Shown here: positions 6,139 through 14,824 of the stretch, piece by piece
Position numbering within the stretch: position 1 is the first letter of the stretch
Layout of the letters: each line of letters begins with the position of its first letter
NCBI GenBank assembly: GCA_038895675.1
Contig: JAWANB010000020.1
Location: 1-16,081 of the forward strand
Reading direction: 5' to 3'
DNA length: 16,081 nt
Origin: Candidatus Iainarchaeum sp.
GTDB lineage: Archaea; Iainarchaeota; Iainarchaeia; Iainarchaeales; Iainarchaeaceae
Made by a program: the position numbers and the translations under genes
The notes under the pieces: model-generated
The model's database searches: none
What the model was told of the DNA's origin: nothing
What the model saw: only the letters and a program-made list of their open reading frames with translations

Positions 6139-6533
6139 AAGCAATAACAGCTCATGGAGTTAGGTCATTAGGGCATGGTAGCATATGTACTTGTGCAGAT
6201 AACTCTGGGGCTAAGGAAGTAAAAATAATTACTTTCCTCAATTATAAAGCAGTGAAAAATAGGCAACCGAGAGGCGGAATAGCGGACTTGTGCAAGGTAG
6301 TTGTAAAAAAAGGAAAGCAAGAAATGAGAAAAAAGGTAGAATATGCAGTTGTTGTTAGAGTTAAAAAAGAATATAGAAGACCTGACGGGACTAGAATAAA
6401 GTTTGAGGATAATGCAGTCGTTTTAGTGGATGAAAAAGGAATGCCTAAAGGTTCTGAAGTGAAAGGGGTAGTTGCAAAGGAAGTTGGAGAAAGATACCCA
6501 AAAATAGCAGGAATAAGTGCTGGAGTTGTTTAA
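6135..6533 (+). CDS. rpl14: 50S ribosomal protein uL14
   Basis: CADNSGAK, YRRPDGTRIKFEDNAVV, PKGSEVKGVVAKE. Confidence 0.97.
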   Translation: MKAITAHGVRSLGHGSICTCADNSGAKEVKIITFLNYKAVKNRQPRGGIADLCKVVVKKGKQEMRKKVEYAVVVRVKKEYRRPDGTRIKFEDNAVVLVDEKGMPKGSEVKGVVAKEVGERYPKIAGISAGVV

Positions 6534-6534
6534 A

Positions 6535-6912
6535 ATGAAACAAAAAATCAAAGAAAAAAGCTCAAAACCATCAAAGAGAAGAAAATCAAATTATACGATT
6601 GCACTTCATAAAGTAAGAAAAGAGTTTTCAGCACACTTGTCAAAAGAGTTAAGAGCAAAAATTGGCAGAAGAAGCCTCGAGTTGAGAAAAGGGGACTTAG
6701 TAAAAGTAATGAGAGGAGATAAAAAGTATGTTGGAAAACAAGCAAAAGTTGTTGAAGTGAGAAGAACAAAAAGGCAAGTTTTCCTTGAAAATATTGTAAG
6801 AAAAAAAGCAAATGGAACTGAAGTTTTAGTTCCTTTCAGGCCAAGCAATTTGATGATAATAGCAATCGATGAAAAAGACAATAGGAGATTCAAAGCAAGG
6901 AAAAAAAAGTGA
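6535..6912 (+). CDS. rpl24: 50S ribosomal protein uL24
   Basis: SSKPSKRRK, SAHLSKELR, KOW motif RKGDLVKVMRG, K.NGTEV.VP..PSNLMI. ATG 6535 immediately after the uL14 stop is preferred to GTG 6517. Confidence 0.95.
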   Translation: MKQKIKEKSSKPSKRRKSNYTIALHKVRKEFSAHLSKELRAKIGRRSLELRKGDLVKVMRGDKKYVGKQAKVVEVRRTKRQVFLENIVRKKANGTEVLVPFRPSNLMIIAIDEKDNRRFKARKKK

Positions 6913-6918
6913 TAGAGT

Positions 6919-7641
6919 ATGGCAAAAAGAGGAGAAAGGAAAGTTCAAAAAGCAATTTCAGCACCTAAAATAGTACATGTAAATAGAAAACAAAAAGAGT
7001 TTGTGCCAAAAATAAAGCCAGGAACTCACTCAAAAAAGAGTGCAGTTACTTTGGGTTTTTGTTTAAAAGACATTTTAAGGTTAGCTAAAAACACGAAAGA
7101 GACAAAAGCGATTGTTTCGTCTGGTTTAGTTTTAGTGAATGGAATAGTTAGAAAAAAAATGAGCTTTAACGTGGGCTTGTTTGATATAATAGAACTGCCA
7201 AAACTCAAGATAGCGTATAGAGCAATAGTTGACAAAAAAGGCAGGTTAAAATTAAAAGAAACGCAAGACAAAGGCTTTAAAGTTTCGAGAGTAGAAAAAA
7301 AGCGAAAAGCAAAAAAAGGAAAAGTGATTGTAACAACCAATGATGGCTTTAATATTGAGGTGCCTGAAAAAGAAGTTTTTGTCGGAGACTCTATAAAATT
7401 GTCATTACCTGAAAAAAAATTTTTAGAGACTTACAGGTTAGAAGTGGGAAATAAAGCATTGATAGTTGACGGAAGCCATGTTGGAATAATAGGCAAGATA
7501 ACAAAGATAATTGAAGGCTCTATAAATAGAAGAAAAGCAGTAGAGCTTGAAACTAAAGAAGGAAAAATTGTTACAATAGCCAAGAATGTTTATGTCGTAG
7601 GTAAAGAAAATCCAGAAATAGAGGTTTTGAAAGGTGAGTAA
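6919..7641 (+). CDS. rps4e: 30S ribosomal protein eS4
   Basis: KPGTHSK, S4-like VLVNGIVRK...VGLFDII, TNDGFNI, KOW-like DGSHVGIIG, NVYVVG; position between uL24 and uL5. Confidence 0.95.
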   Translation: MAKRGERKVQKAISAPKIVHVNRKQKEFVPKIKPGTHSKKSAVTLGFCLKDILRLAKNTKETKAIVSSGLVLVNGIVRKKMSFNVGLFDIIELPKLKIAYRAIVDKKGRLKLKETQDKGFKVSRVEKKRKAKKGKVIVTTNDGFNIEVPEKEVFVGDSIKLSLPEKKFLETYRLEVGNKALIVDGSHVGIIGKITKIIEGSINRRKAVELETKEGKIVTIAKNVYVVGKENPEIEVLKGE

Positions 7642-7642
7642 A

Positions 7643-8152
7643 GTGGAAGACAAAATGAAAGATATTAGGATAGAAAAAGTCACTCTAAACATTGGGGTTG
7701 GAAAAACCGGTGAAGAACTTGAAAAAGCCGTGACTATCCTAAAAATGCTTACTAATTCAAAACCAATACTGACCAAGGCAAAAGTAAAGCAACCTACGTG
7801 GGGTATAAGAGAGGGTTTAACAATAGGCACTAAAGTGACCTTAAGAGGCAAAAAGGCAGAAGAATTTTTAAGAGAAGCTTTTATAGCAATAGACAAAAAA
7901 CTAAAGAAAAAAAGCTTTGATAAGCTTGGAAACTTTGGTTTTGGAGTAAAAGAATATATTGACATGCCAAAAGCAAAGTATGACCCAAAACTTGGGATAA
8001 AAGGCTTTGACGTCTTGGTGACGCTTGAAAAACCAGGGTATAGAGTAAAAAAAAGAAAAATCAAAAAAAGCAAGGTTGGAAAAAGACAATTAGTAACTCA
8101 ACAAGAAGCAATAGAGTTCATCAAACAAAAATTTGGAGTAGAGATAATATGA
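7643..8152 (+). CDS. rpl5: 50S ribosomal protein uL5
   Basis: MKDIRIEKVTLNIGVG, WGIREG..IGTKVTLRG, FDKLGNFGFG..EYID, YDPKLGI.G. Start uncertain: GTG 7634, GTG 7643 (well spaced from AGGTGA) or ATG 7655. Confidence 0.96.
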   Translation: MEDKMKDIRIEKVTLNIGVGKTGEELEKAVTILKMLTNSKPILTKAKVKQPTWGIREGLTIGTKVTLRGKKAEEFLREAFIAIDKKLKKKSFDKLGNFGFGVKEYIDMPKAKYDPKLGIKGFDVLVTLEKPGYRVKKRKIKKSKVGKRQLVTQQEAIEFIKQKFGVEII

Positions 8153-8307
8153 GCGAACAAAAACAAAAAAAGCCTTACAAGGTTCAGCCTAAAACTTGCA
8201 AAAGATGCGGAACACACAAAGGAGTTGTAAGCAAGTATGGGCTTGGAATTTGTAGAAGATGTTTCAAAGATAATGCTGAAGTGATTGGTTTCAGGAAGTA
8301 CGATTAG
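8149..8307 (+). CDS. rps14: 30S ribosomal protein uS14 (Zn-binding type), 52 aa; not in the ORF track
   Basis: Manual translation MSEQKQKKPYKVQPKTCKRCGTHKGVVSKYGLGICRRCFKDNAEVIGFRKYD*, with CxxC...CRRCF and GFxKY motifs. ATGA overlap with the uL5 stop. Confidence 0.96.
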   Translation: MSEQKQKKPYKVQPKTCKRCGTHKGVVSKYGLGICRRCFKDNAEVIGFRKYD

Positions 8308-8317
8308 GTGATAAAAA

Positions 8318-8707
8318 ATGGGAAAAGACACTATAGCAGACGCAATGATAAACCTAAAAAATAATGAAAACGCAGCTAAGAAAGAATGCATACTGAAACC
8401 AAGTTCAAAATTGCTTGGAGAAATACTAAGAGTAATGCAAGAAAATGGTTACATAGGAGAATATTCTCTAATAGAAGCGAAAAATGGTGGGTCTTTCAAA
8501 GTCAGATTGATAGGAAAAATAAACGAATGCAGAGCAATAAAGCCAAGGCATGCTGTCAAAAAAGATGAATTTGAAAAATTTGAAAAAAGATATTTGCCTG
8601 CTTACGATGTCGGAAAAATAATTGTGTCAACATCAAAAGGAATAATGACCCACGACAAAGCAAAACAATTGAATTTAGGAGGAAGGTTATTAGTTTATGT
8701 TTACTGA
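8318..8707 (+). CDS. rps8: 30S ribosomal protein uS8
   Basis: DTIADAM..LKN.E, GYIGEY, GKINEC.AIKPR, FEKRYLPA, VSTSKGIMTH, GGRLLVYVY. SD-like AGGTGA. Confidence 0.97.
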   Translation: MGKDTIADAMINLKNNENAAKKECILKPSSKLLGEILRVMQENGYIGEYSLIEAKNGGSFKVRLIGKINECRAIKPRHAVKKDEFEKFEKRYLPAYDVGKIIVSTSKGIMTHDKAKQLNLGGRLLVYVY

Positions 8708-8718
8708 AGAGTGGTTTT

Positions 8719-9249
8719 ATGGAAGAAAAAGTTTTTGAAACAATAGAGTTGCCACAAGGCTTTAAGGCAAGTATTGAAAAAAATGTTTTAAATATAAGTG
8801 GAAACAATAAGGAAATTTCAAAAAGCTTTAGTTTCTCAGCAGCTAAAGCGGAAGTGAAAGACGATAAAATAGTTGTTTATCAACTTGATAAAAGAAAAAA
8901 ATCAAAGGCTGAAGCAGGGTCAATAGCATCACACATAAAAAATATGATAAAAGGAATTGAAAAAGGATTTACGTATAAACTTGAAATAGTTTATAGTCAC
9001 TTTCCTTTGAACGTCTCTGTAAAAAACGGGTTTGTAGAAATAAACAATTTGGGCGGAGCAAAGCACCCAAAAAAAGCAAAAATAGTGGGAAACACGAAAG
9101 TTGAAGTAAAAGGAAAAGAAATAATTGTGAGCGGAAATAATAAGGAAGACGTTGGCCAAACGGCTGCTAACATGGAAGTAGTCACGAGAATTAAAGGTAA
9201 AGACAAGAGAGTCTTCCAAGATGGCATTTACATAGTTTCGAGAGAATGA
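8719..9249 (+). CDS. rpl6: 50S ribosomal protein uL6
   Basis: SHIKNMIKG...GFTYKL.IVYSHFP, VGQTAANME, KDKRVFQDGIYI. Confidence 0.97.
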   Translation: MEEKVFETIELPQGFKASIEKNVLNISGNNKEISKSFSFSAAKAEVKDDKIVVYQLDKRKKSKAEAGSIASHIKNMIKGIEKGFTYKLEIVYSHFPLNVSVKNGFVEINNLGGAKHPKKAKIVGNTKVEVKGKEIIVSGNNKEDVGQTAANMEVVTRIKGKDKRVFQDGIYIVSRE

Positions 9250-9258
9250 GGTAATATT

Positions 9259-9720
9259 ATGAAGGAAGAAACAAAAGAAGTTAAAAATGAAAAAGAAAAA
9301 CCGCAAAAAAAAGAGAAAAAAAGCAGAAAAGTAGTTAAGAAAGCAAGTAAAGAAACAGCAAAAAAAAGAAAGCTGGTGCTAACAAAAGCACGATTGCCGA
9401 CTTTTAGAGGACATTTTGGAAAAAGAAGCATAAGAAGAAAAAGCAAAGAAAAATGGAACAAGTGGCGTTTTCCTCGCGGCATAGACATGAATCATGACCA
9501 AAGTGAAGGATTTATGCCAAGGGTCGGGTATAGAACTATAAGAGAAATTAGAGGATATCACCCGAGTGGTTATAAAGAAGTAAGAGTGAAAAGCATTAAA
9601 GAATTAGAAGTACTACCAAAAGAAGTTGCTGTTAGAATTGCTTCAGGCATAGGAAAGAAAAAAAAGTTAATGATTGTAGACAAAGCAATAGAACTTGGGT
9701 TAAAGGTGCTAAATCCTTAA
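9259..9720 (+). CDS. rpl32e: 50S ribosomal protein eL32, with K/E-rich N-terminal extension
   Basis: KWRFPRGID, P.VGYRT..EIRGYHPSGYKEV.V, IASGIGKKKK, KVLNP; position between uL6 and eL19. Confidence 0.94.
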   Translation: MKEETKEVKNEKEKPQKKEKKSRKVVKKASKETAKKRKLVLTKARLPTFRGHFGKRSIRRKSKEKWNKWRFPRGIDMNHDQSEGFMPRVGYRTIREIRGYHPSGYKEVRVKSIKELEVLPKEVAVRIASGIGKKKKLMIVDKAIELGLKVLNP

Positions 9721-9730
9721 AGGTGAGGAT

Positions 9731-10171
9731 ATGGAATACGAAAGAGCAAAAAGATTGGCTGCAAAAATATTGAAGGTAGGAACAACAAAAGTATGGGTTT
9801 CTCCTTTAGCAAAACAAAGAATAAAAGAAGCCATGACAAAGGACGATGTTAGAGTTCTAATAAAAGAAAAAATGATAACGAAAAGGAAAACAGCTTTTCA
9901 TAGTAGAGGCAAGGCAAGAATATTAAAACTAAAAAAAGAAAAAGGAAGAAAGAGAGGAAGAGGTAAAAGGACTGGAACAAAAAAGACTCGAAAAGGTAAT
10001 AGAGAGTATTGGATAAAAAATGTTAGAGCACAAAGAAAAATTTTGAAAGAACTAAAAAAGTCTGGAGCAAAGTTCAAAGAAGACCCGAGAAAAATTTACT
10101 TGAAAATAAAAGGAAATTTTTTCAAAGGAAAAAAACAATTATTGGCTATGGTTGAGGAGATGAAAAAATGA
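9731..10171 (+). CDS. rpl19e: 50S ribosomal protein eL19
   Basis: KRLAAKILKVG..KVW, A.TKDDVR.LI, SRGKAR, KGRKRGRGKRTG, WIKNVRAQR, YLKIKG..F. Confidence 0.96.
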   Translation: MEYERAKRLAAKILKVGTTKVWVSPLAKQRIKEAMTKDDVRVLIKEKMITKRKTAFHSRGKARILKLKKEKGRKRGRGKRTGTKKTRKGNREYWIKNVRAQRKILKELKKSGAKFKEDPRKIYLKIKGNFFKGKKQLLAMVEEMKK

Positions 10172-10671
10172 GTAATAAGCCAACTTATAAAGTCAAATTA
10201 AGAAGGAGAAGAAAAGGTTTTACTGATTACAAAAAAAGATTGGCTTTGTTAAAGTCAAAACAACCAAGGTTGGTAGTAAGAAAAAGAAACAAGTCAATAA
10301 TAGTTCAAATAGTTAATTATGAGCCGCAAGGCGACAAAACTTTAATAACTTTTTCAAGCATTGCTTTGAAAAAACTTGGATGGAAAGGACATTGTGGCAA
10401 TTTGCCTTCAGCGTATTTGTCAGGTTATGCTTGCGCAAAAAAAGCTTTTAAGGCAGGAATAAAAAAAGCCGTGCTTGACATAGGTGTTGCGTCTCCTGTT
10501 CATGGAAGCGCAGTTTTCACGGCTCTGATGGGAGCACTTGACGCAGGTCTTGAAATACCTCTCGAAAAAGAGGTCTTGCCAACGATAGAAAGGGCTTCTG
10601 GCAAACACATAGGAGAGGAAACAGCAAAGAATTTTGCTCAAGTGAAAGATAAAATTGACAAGGAGTTTTGA
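10168..10671 (+). CDS. rpl18: 50S ribosomal protein uL18
   Basis: YKVKLRRRRKGFTDYKKRLALLKS..PRLVVR, GNLPSAYLSG, AVLDIG, GALDAGLEIP. Confidence 0.96.
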   Translation: MSNKPTYKVKLRRRRKGFTDYKKRLALLKSKQPRLVVRKRNKSIIVQIVNYEPQGDKTLITFSSIALKKLGWKGHCGNLPSAYLSGYACAKKAFKAGIKKAVLDIGVASPVHGSAVFTALMGALDAGLEIPLEKEVLPTIERASGKHIGEETAKNFAQVKDKIDKEF

Positions 10672-11381
10672 TGCGAATGCCAAGGAGAGAACAAAAGAAA
10701 AGAAAAGTAGAAAATGAAGAAGAAAAGTTTGTTGAAAGTGAAGAAGAAACTACTTTAGAATGGGTACCACTAACTGAAGGGGGAAGATTAGTAAAAAACG
10801 GTGAAATAAGTACTTTAGATGAATATTTTAATAGAGGTTTAAAGGTAATGGAGCCAGAAATAGTTGATATTTTAGTCCCTGAATTGAAAAGCAAGTTAAT
10901 AGAATTTAAAAAAACTGCAAGAATAACAAGGCAAGGAAGAAACTTTTCTTATAGAGCAACAATACTTGTGGGAGATGAAAATTCGTACGTTGGAGTAGGA
11001 ACTGGAAAGGACAAAGAAAGAGTTCCTGCAATACAAAAAGCAACGAGGGCTGCAAAAATGGCTTTAGTAAAAGTCAAAAAAGGTTGTGGTAGTTGGGAAT
11101 GTAGGTGCAATGAAAAGCATTCTGTTCCTTTTAAGGTAGTTGGAAAGCATTCTTCGATAGAAGTTACTTTAATGCCAGCGCCAAGAGGAACCGGGTTGGT
11201 TGTTGGAGATGCTATAAAAGACGTGTTAAGTTTTGTTGGAATAAAAGACGTTTGGAGTAAAACAAAAGGAAACACTAACTCTACTCTTGAATTTGTGAGT
11301 GCAACAATAAAAGCTTTGATGAAAACGAACAAAGTAAAATTAAGTGAAGAAATGAAAAGAAAGATAGGTGAACAACAATGA
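10671..11381 (+). CDS. rps5: 30S ribosomal protein uS5
   Basis: WVPLTEGGRLV, EPEIVD.L, VGDENSYVGVG, GCGSWECRC...HSVPF, PAPRGTGLV, GIKDVW. Start ATG 10671 or 10677. Confidence 0.96.
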   Translation: MRMPRREQKKRKVENEEEKFVESEEETTLEWVPLTEGGRLVKNGEISTLDEYFNRGLKVMEPEIVDILVPELKSKLIEFKKTARITRQGRNFSYRATILVGDENSYVGVGTGKDKERVPAIQKATRAAKMALVKVKKGCGSWECRCNEKHSVPFKVVGKHSSIEVTLMPAPRGTGLVVGDAIKDVLSFVGIKDVWSKTKGNTNSTLEFVSATIKALMKTNKVKLSEEMKRKIGEQQ

Positions 11382-11836
11382 TTGCAGTAATCAGGGTTAG
11401 AGGTAGCGTAAATTTGAAGCCAGATATAAAGTACACGTTAGATTTGCTTAATCTTTTTAGACCAAACAATATGGTGTTAGTAAAAAAAGAGAAGCAATTC
11501 TTAAAAATGGTTGAAAAGGTAAAAGATTATGTTACTTTTGGTGAAATAAAGTCAGAAGTTTTAGCAAAGGTTCTTGAAAAGAGAGGTAAAATAGGAAAAG
11601 AAAAAATTGACGAAGAACAATTAAAAAAAATGAAAGTCACTAATTTTGAAGAGCTGGCAGAATTAATAGTTTCTGGAAAAAGCGGTTTGGAACAACTCGG
11701 AATAAACAAGGTCTTTCGTTTAAGGCCTCCTAAAAAAGGTTATGAAAGAAAAGGAATAAAAAAACCTTATTCTATAGGTGGTGCTTTGGGTAATAGAAAA
11801 GAAAAGATAAACGATTTGATACTTAGAATGATTTGA
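11378..11836 (+). CDS. rpl30: 50S ribosomal protein uL30 (archaeal long form)
   Basis: IAVIRVRG, KVKDYVTFGE, FRLRPPKKG...GIK.....GGALG.R...IN.LI.RM. Confidence 0.96.
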   Translation: MIAVIRVRGSVNLKPDIKYTLDLLNLFRPNNMVLVKKEKQFLKMVEKVKDYVTFGEIKSEVLAKVLEKRGKIGKEKIDEEQLKKMKVTNFEELAELIVSGKSGLEQLGINKVFRLRPPKKGYERKGIKKPYSIGGALGNRKEKINDLILRMI

Positions 11837-11845
11837 GGTTTTAGT

Positions 11846-12277
11846 ATGGTAGTGAGAAAAAGAAGGAAAAAAAACAAGTTGAGAGGAATGAGACAGCATG
11901 GAGCTGGAGATAAAAAGAACAGGAGAGGTGCTGGAACTAGAGGAGGTAGAGGTAAGGCAGGTAGTCACAAACACAAATTTTCAAAGTACTATACTTACTT
12001 TGGCGTGAAAATAACTAGAAAGCCTAAGAAAAAAATGCCTGCACTTAACCTTGATCAGATTTCAAATAGATTACAGGAATGGGTTAAAGAGGGCAAAGCA
12101 AAAGTCGAAGATGGTTTTTACGTTTTGGATGGAAAAAAATTAGGTTTTGGAAAAGTACTTTCAAAGGGCAATTTGAAAGAAAAATTAGTGGTGGTTAATG
12201 CGAAGGTTTCTGAAAAAGCTTCTGAAAAAATTCTTCAAAGTGGAGGAAAAATTTTAGAGATTGGTGAAGAAAAATGA
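11846..12277 (+). CDS. rpl15: 50S ribosomal protein uL15
   Basis: RG.RQHG.G..KNRRGAG.RGGRGKAG..KHK, LGFGKVL..G, KI...GG. Confidence 0.96.
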   Translation: MVVRKRRKKNKLRGMRQHGAGDKKNRRGAGTRGGRGKAGSHKHKFSKYYTYFGVKITRKPKKKMPALNLDQISNRLQEWVKEGKAKVEDGFYVLDGKKLGFGKVLSKGNLKEKLVVVNAKVSEKASEKILQSGGKILEIGEEK

Positions 12278-13698
12278 GTGGATTAGAAGCGTTGAAGCCT
12301 ATTTACACTTTATTGCCTGAAGTCACATCTCCTGAAAAGAAAGGCACGTTAACTGAAAGACTTGTTTGGACTTTAGTTGTGTTATTGATTTTTTTTGCCA
12401 TGGGAAACATAACTGTTTTCGGTCTTGATAAAGCAGAGCTCGGGGATCTTCAAAGAGCTCAAATTATTTTAGCTGCGTCTGTTGGAACCTTGATTACTGT
12501 TGGTATAGGGCCTATAGTCCTTGCTTCAATAATATTGCAATTGCTTGTTGGTGGTGGCTTAATAAAATTGGATTTTAGTAATCCGGAGCAAAGAAAACAA
12601 TTTAGCGGAACTCAAAAATTACTTGCAATAATATTGGCTTTCGTAGAAGCAAGTGCTTATGTACTCATGGGAGCTTTGGTGCCACTTCCAAATCTTGCTT
12701 GGTTGGTAATATTACAAGTTGCTTTGGGTGCAATACTTTTGATTTATCTTGACGAAATAGTTACAAAGTATGGGATTGGTTCTGGTATCGGATTATTCAT
12801 TGCTGCAGGTGTTTCTTTAGAAATAATTTGGCGAATATTCACCCCTTTGAATCTTGAAGGAGACTTTGCAGGTTTTAATGGCCAAGGTCTTTTGTTTATT
12901 TTCTTCAAAGAAATAACTCAAAATCTCACTAATGCTTTCATCATAGCTCTTTTGCCAATAATATCAACTATCGTAGTTTTCTTTGTAGTTGTTTATGCTG
13001 AAGGAATTCACGTGAACATACCTATTACGCTTGGGAGAAAAGGCACTGGAGGCAGATATCCATTAAAATTTTTGTATGTTTCAAACATGCCTGTTATATT
13101 AGCTTCTGCACTTTTCATAAACATAAGTATTTGGGCACAACTGACAAAAAACACGCCTATTTTAGGACAAATAATGGGCGGACTTGCAACAATAACAACA
13201 CCACAACATGGCTTAATAGAAAAAGTCTTTTTGGAAGGATTTTCGCAAACTTTGGTTACTCAAATGATAGAAAGCATTACAAAACTTCAATTTATAGGAT
13301 TAGGGGGTAGCGTGCTTCAAGCTATTATATATGTTATTTTGCTGGTCATTGTTTGTATTATATTTGGAAGACTTTGGATTGAGGTTGGTGGTCAAGGGCC
13401 TGATAAAATTGCAGAGCAACTCGAAAGAGCAGGCATGTCAATACCTGGCTTTAGAAGAGATCCAAGAGTGATAAGGCAAGTACTTGAAAGGTATGTACCA
13501 ACCATAACTATCCTTGGTTCTGCTTTTGTCGGACTTTTAGCTGGCTTGGCTGACATTACTGGGGCTTTAGGCTCTGGAACTGGAATATTACTTACAGCCG
13601 GAATAATTTACAGGCTTTACGAAGAAATTGCTAAAACCCAAGTAGCAGAAACAAATCCTCTATTAAGAGGCTTTTTAGGACAAGGAGGGGGATTTTAA
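12274..13698 (+). CDS. secY: Preprotein translocase subunit SecY (Sec61-alpha type)
   Basis: Multiple hydrophobic segments; GIGPIV.ASIILQLL, DE...KYGIGSGIGLFI.AGV, YPLKFLYVSNMPVIL, IPGFRRD, GTGILL motifs. Confidence 0.98.
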   Translation: MSGLEALKPIYTLLPEVTSPEKKGTLTERLVWTLVVLLIFFAMGNITVFGLDKAELGDLQRAQIILAASVGTLITVGIGPIVLASIILQLLVGGGLIKLDFSNPEQRKQFSGTQKLLAIILAFVEASAYVLMGALVPLPNLAWLVILQVALGAILLIYLDEIVTKYGIGSGIGLFIAAGVSLEIIWRIFTPLNLEGDFAGFNGQGLLFIFFKEITQNLTNAFIIALLPIISTIVVFFVVVYAEGIHVNIPITLGRKGTGGRYPLKFLYVSNMPVILASALFINISIWAQLTKNTPILGQIMGGLATITTPQHGLIEKVFLEGFSQTLVTQMIESITKLQFIGLGGSVLQAIIYVILLVIVCIIFGRLWIEVGGQGPDKIAEQLERAGMSIPGFRRDPRVIRQVLERYVPTITILGSAFVGLLAGLADITGALGSGTGILLTAGIIYRLYEEIAKTQVAETNPLLRGFLGQGGGF

Positions 13699-13702
13699 AA
13701 TA

Positions 13703-13753
13703 AATCGGTGGGATAATTAATAAAACTCCGATTCTAAAATCTTTCTAACGGTG
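13703..13753 (+). promoter_or_regulatory. Candidate internal promoter flanked by a short inverted repeat
   Basis: TTAATAAA at 13717-13724 is bracketed by AATCGG (13703-13708)/CCGATT (13728-13733), with GGTG at 13750-13753 before ATG 13760. This is the only sizeable gap in the operon unless uL23 starts at 2480. Confidence 0.35.
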
Positions 13754-13759
13754 TTTTTT

Positions 13760-14287
13760 ATGCAGCTTGTTAATCCCATGGTTGATATTGCTATCATTTC
13801 CAGCGTTTTAGCTTTGCTTTCAAGCATAATACAAAATAAAGTAATGAACAAAAAACAAATGAAAGCGGACCAAGAAAAATTGAAAGAAAAAAACAAGAGG
13901 ATGCGAGAATTAATGACTAAAAATGACGAAAAATCTAAGAACGAACTTGAGTCCTTGCAAAACGAAGTCCTTGAAATAATGCAAAAAATGATGCAAGGAA
14001 CTTTAAAGTTCACTATGATTTCAATGGTGTTTTTTTTGCCTGCATTCTGGCTTTTATCAAGCCTCTATGGTGAAGCTGTCATTAACCTGCCAGTTCCAGT
14101 CCCATGGTTTGGAAATTTTGACTTATTCAATATCAGCACTTGGAACAATCTCATAATACTTTACGATAAAACAAATTATTTAGGATGGTACATTCTAATT
14201 TACCTTGTTTTTAGTTTAATAATAAGATTTTTTGAAAACAGGATATTAGAAAAAGTAGATAGCAAAGGAGTTGCTGTGAATGGTTGA
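13760..14287 (+). CDS. DUF106 / EMC3-TMCO1 family membrane protein (Oxa1 superfamily)
   Basis: TM helix, coiled coil, TM, loop, then a TM with GWYILI...FS...R; conserved archaeal location between secY and eL34. ATG 13760 preferred to GTG 13751. Confidence 0.88.
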   Translation: MQLVNPMVDIAIISSVLALLSSIIQNKVMNKKQMKADQEKLKEKNKRMRELMTKNDEKSKNELESLQNEVLEIMQKMMQGTLKFTMISMVFFLPAFWLLSSLYGEAVINLPVPVPWFGNFDLFNISTWNNLIILYDKTNYLGWYILIYLVFSLIIRFFENRILEKVDSKGVAVNG

Positions 14288-14603
14288 CAGACAAACAAGA
14301 ATGAAGAAAAAAGTTTTTAGAAGAACCCCGAGCTCTAAGCCAACAACTCTTTACTTGAGAAGAAAAAAAGGCAAACATAAATGTGCTATTCTAAAACAAA
14401 ATTTGCATGGAATGAAGAAAACAAAAAAAGAAAAAACGAAGAGCAAAAAAAGACCTAACGCCAAATTTGGCGGCATTCTTTCAGGCAAAGCAAGAAAAAT
14501 GGTGGCAGAACAATTTGCTTTAGTGGTTGCAGGAACAAAAAAAATAAATGATGTTCCAGCAGAACAAAGAAAGTTTGTAAAAGAAATGTTAAAGGTGAAA
14601 TAA
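14280..14603 (+). CDS. rpl34e: 50S ribosomal protein eL34 (divergent)
   Basis: KKVFRRTP, KCA....LHG, KTKSKKRPN..FGG.L pattern; position after DUF106. Confidence 0.85.
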   Translation: MVDRQTRMKKKVFRRTPSSKPTTLYLRRKKGKHKCAILKQNLHGMKKTKKEKTKSKKRPNAKFGGILSGKARKMVAEQFALVVAGTKKINDVPAEQRKFVKEMLKVK

Positions 14604-14824
14604 TGCGAGCGATAGAAGTTGGCGACGTATGCATAAAAACAACAGGGCGAGAAGCAGGTGAAAAAGCAGTAGTGATAAAAATAATTGATGAAAAAAATGT
14701 TATGATAGTTGGCCCAAAAGTAAGAAAACGAAAATGCAACATAATGCAATTGATTCCGTTAGGAAAAAAAATAAAAGTAGAAAACTTAGAGGATAAAAAA
14801 TACTTTAAATTTAGTGATGAATGA
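14603..14824 (+). CDS. rpl14e: 50S ribosomal protein eL14
   Basis: AIEVG.VCIKTTGREAG.K.V...IID, VRKRKCNI..L.P. Confidence 0.93.
   Translation: MRAIEVGDVCIKTTGREAGEKAVVIKIIDEKNVMIVGPKVRKRKCNIMQLIPLGKKIKVENLEDKKYFKFSDE

Noticed and set aside
8153..8317. Apparent intergenic gap between uL5 and uS8
   Set aside because: It is filled by uS14 (8149-8307), which is below the ORF-track length cut-off.
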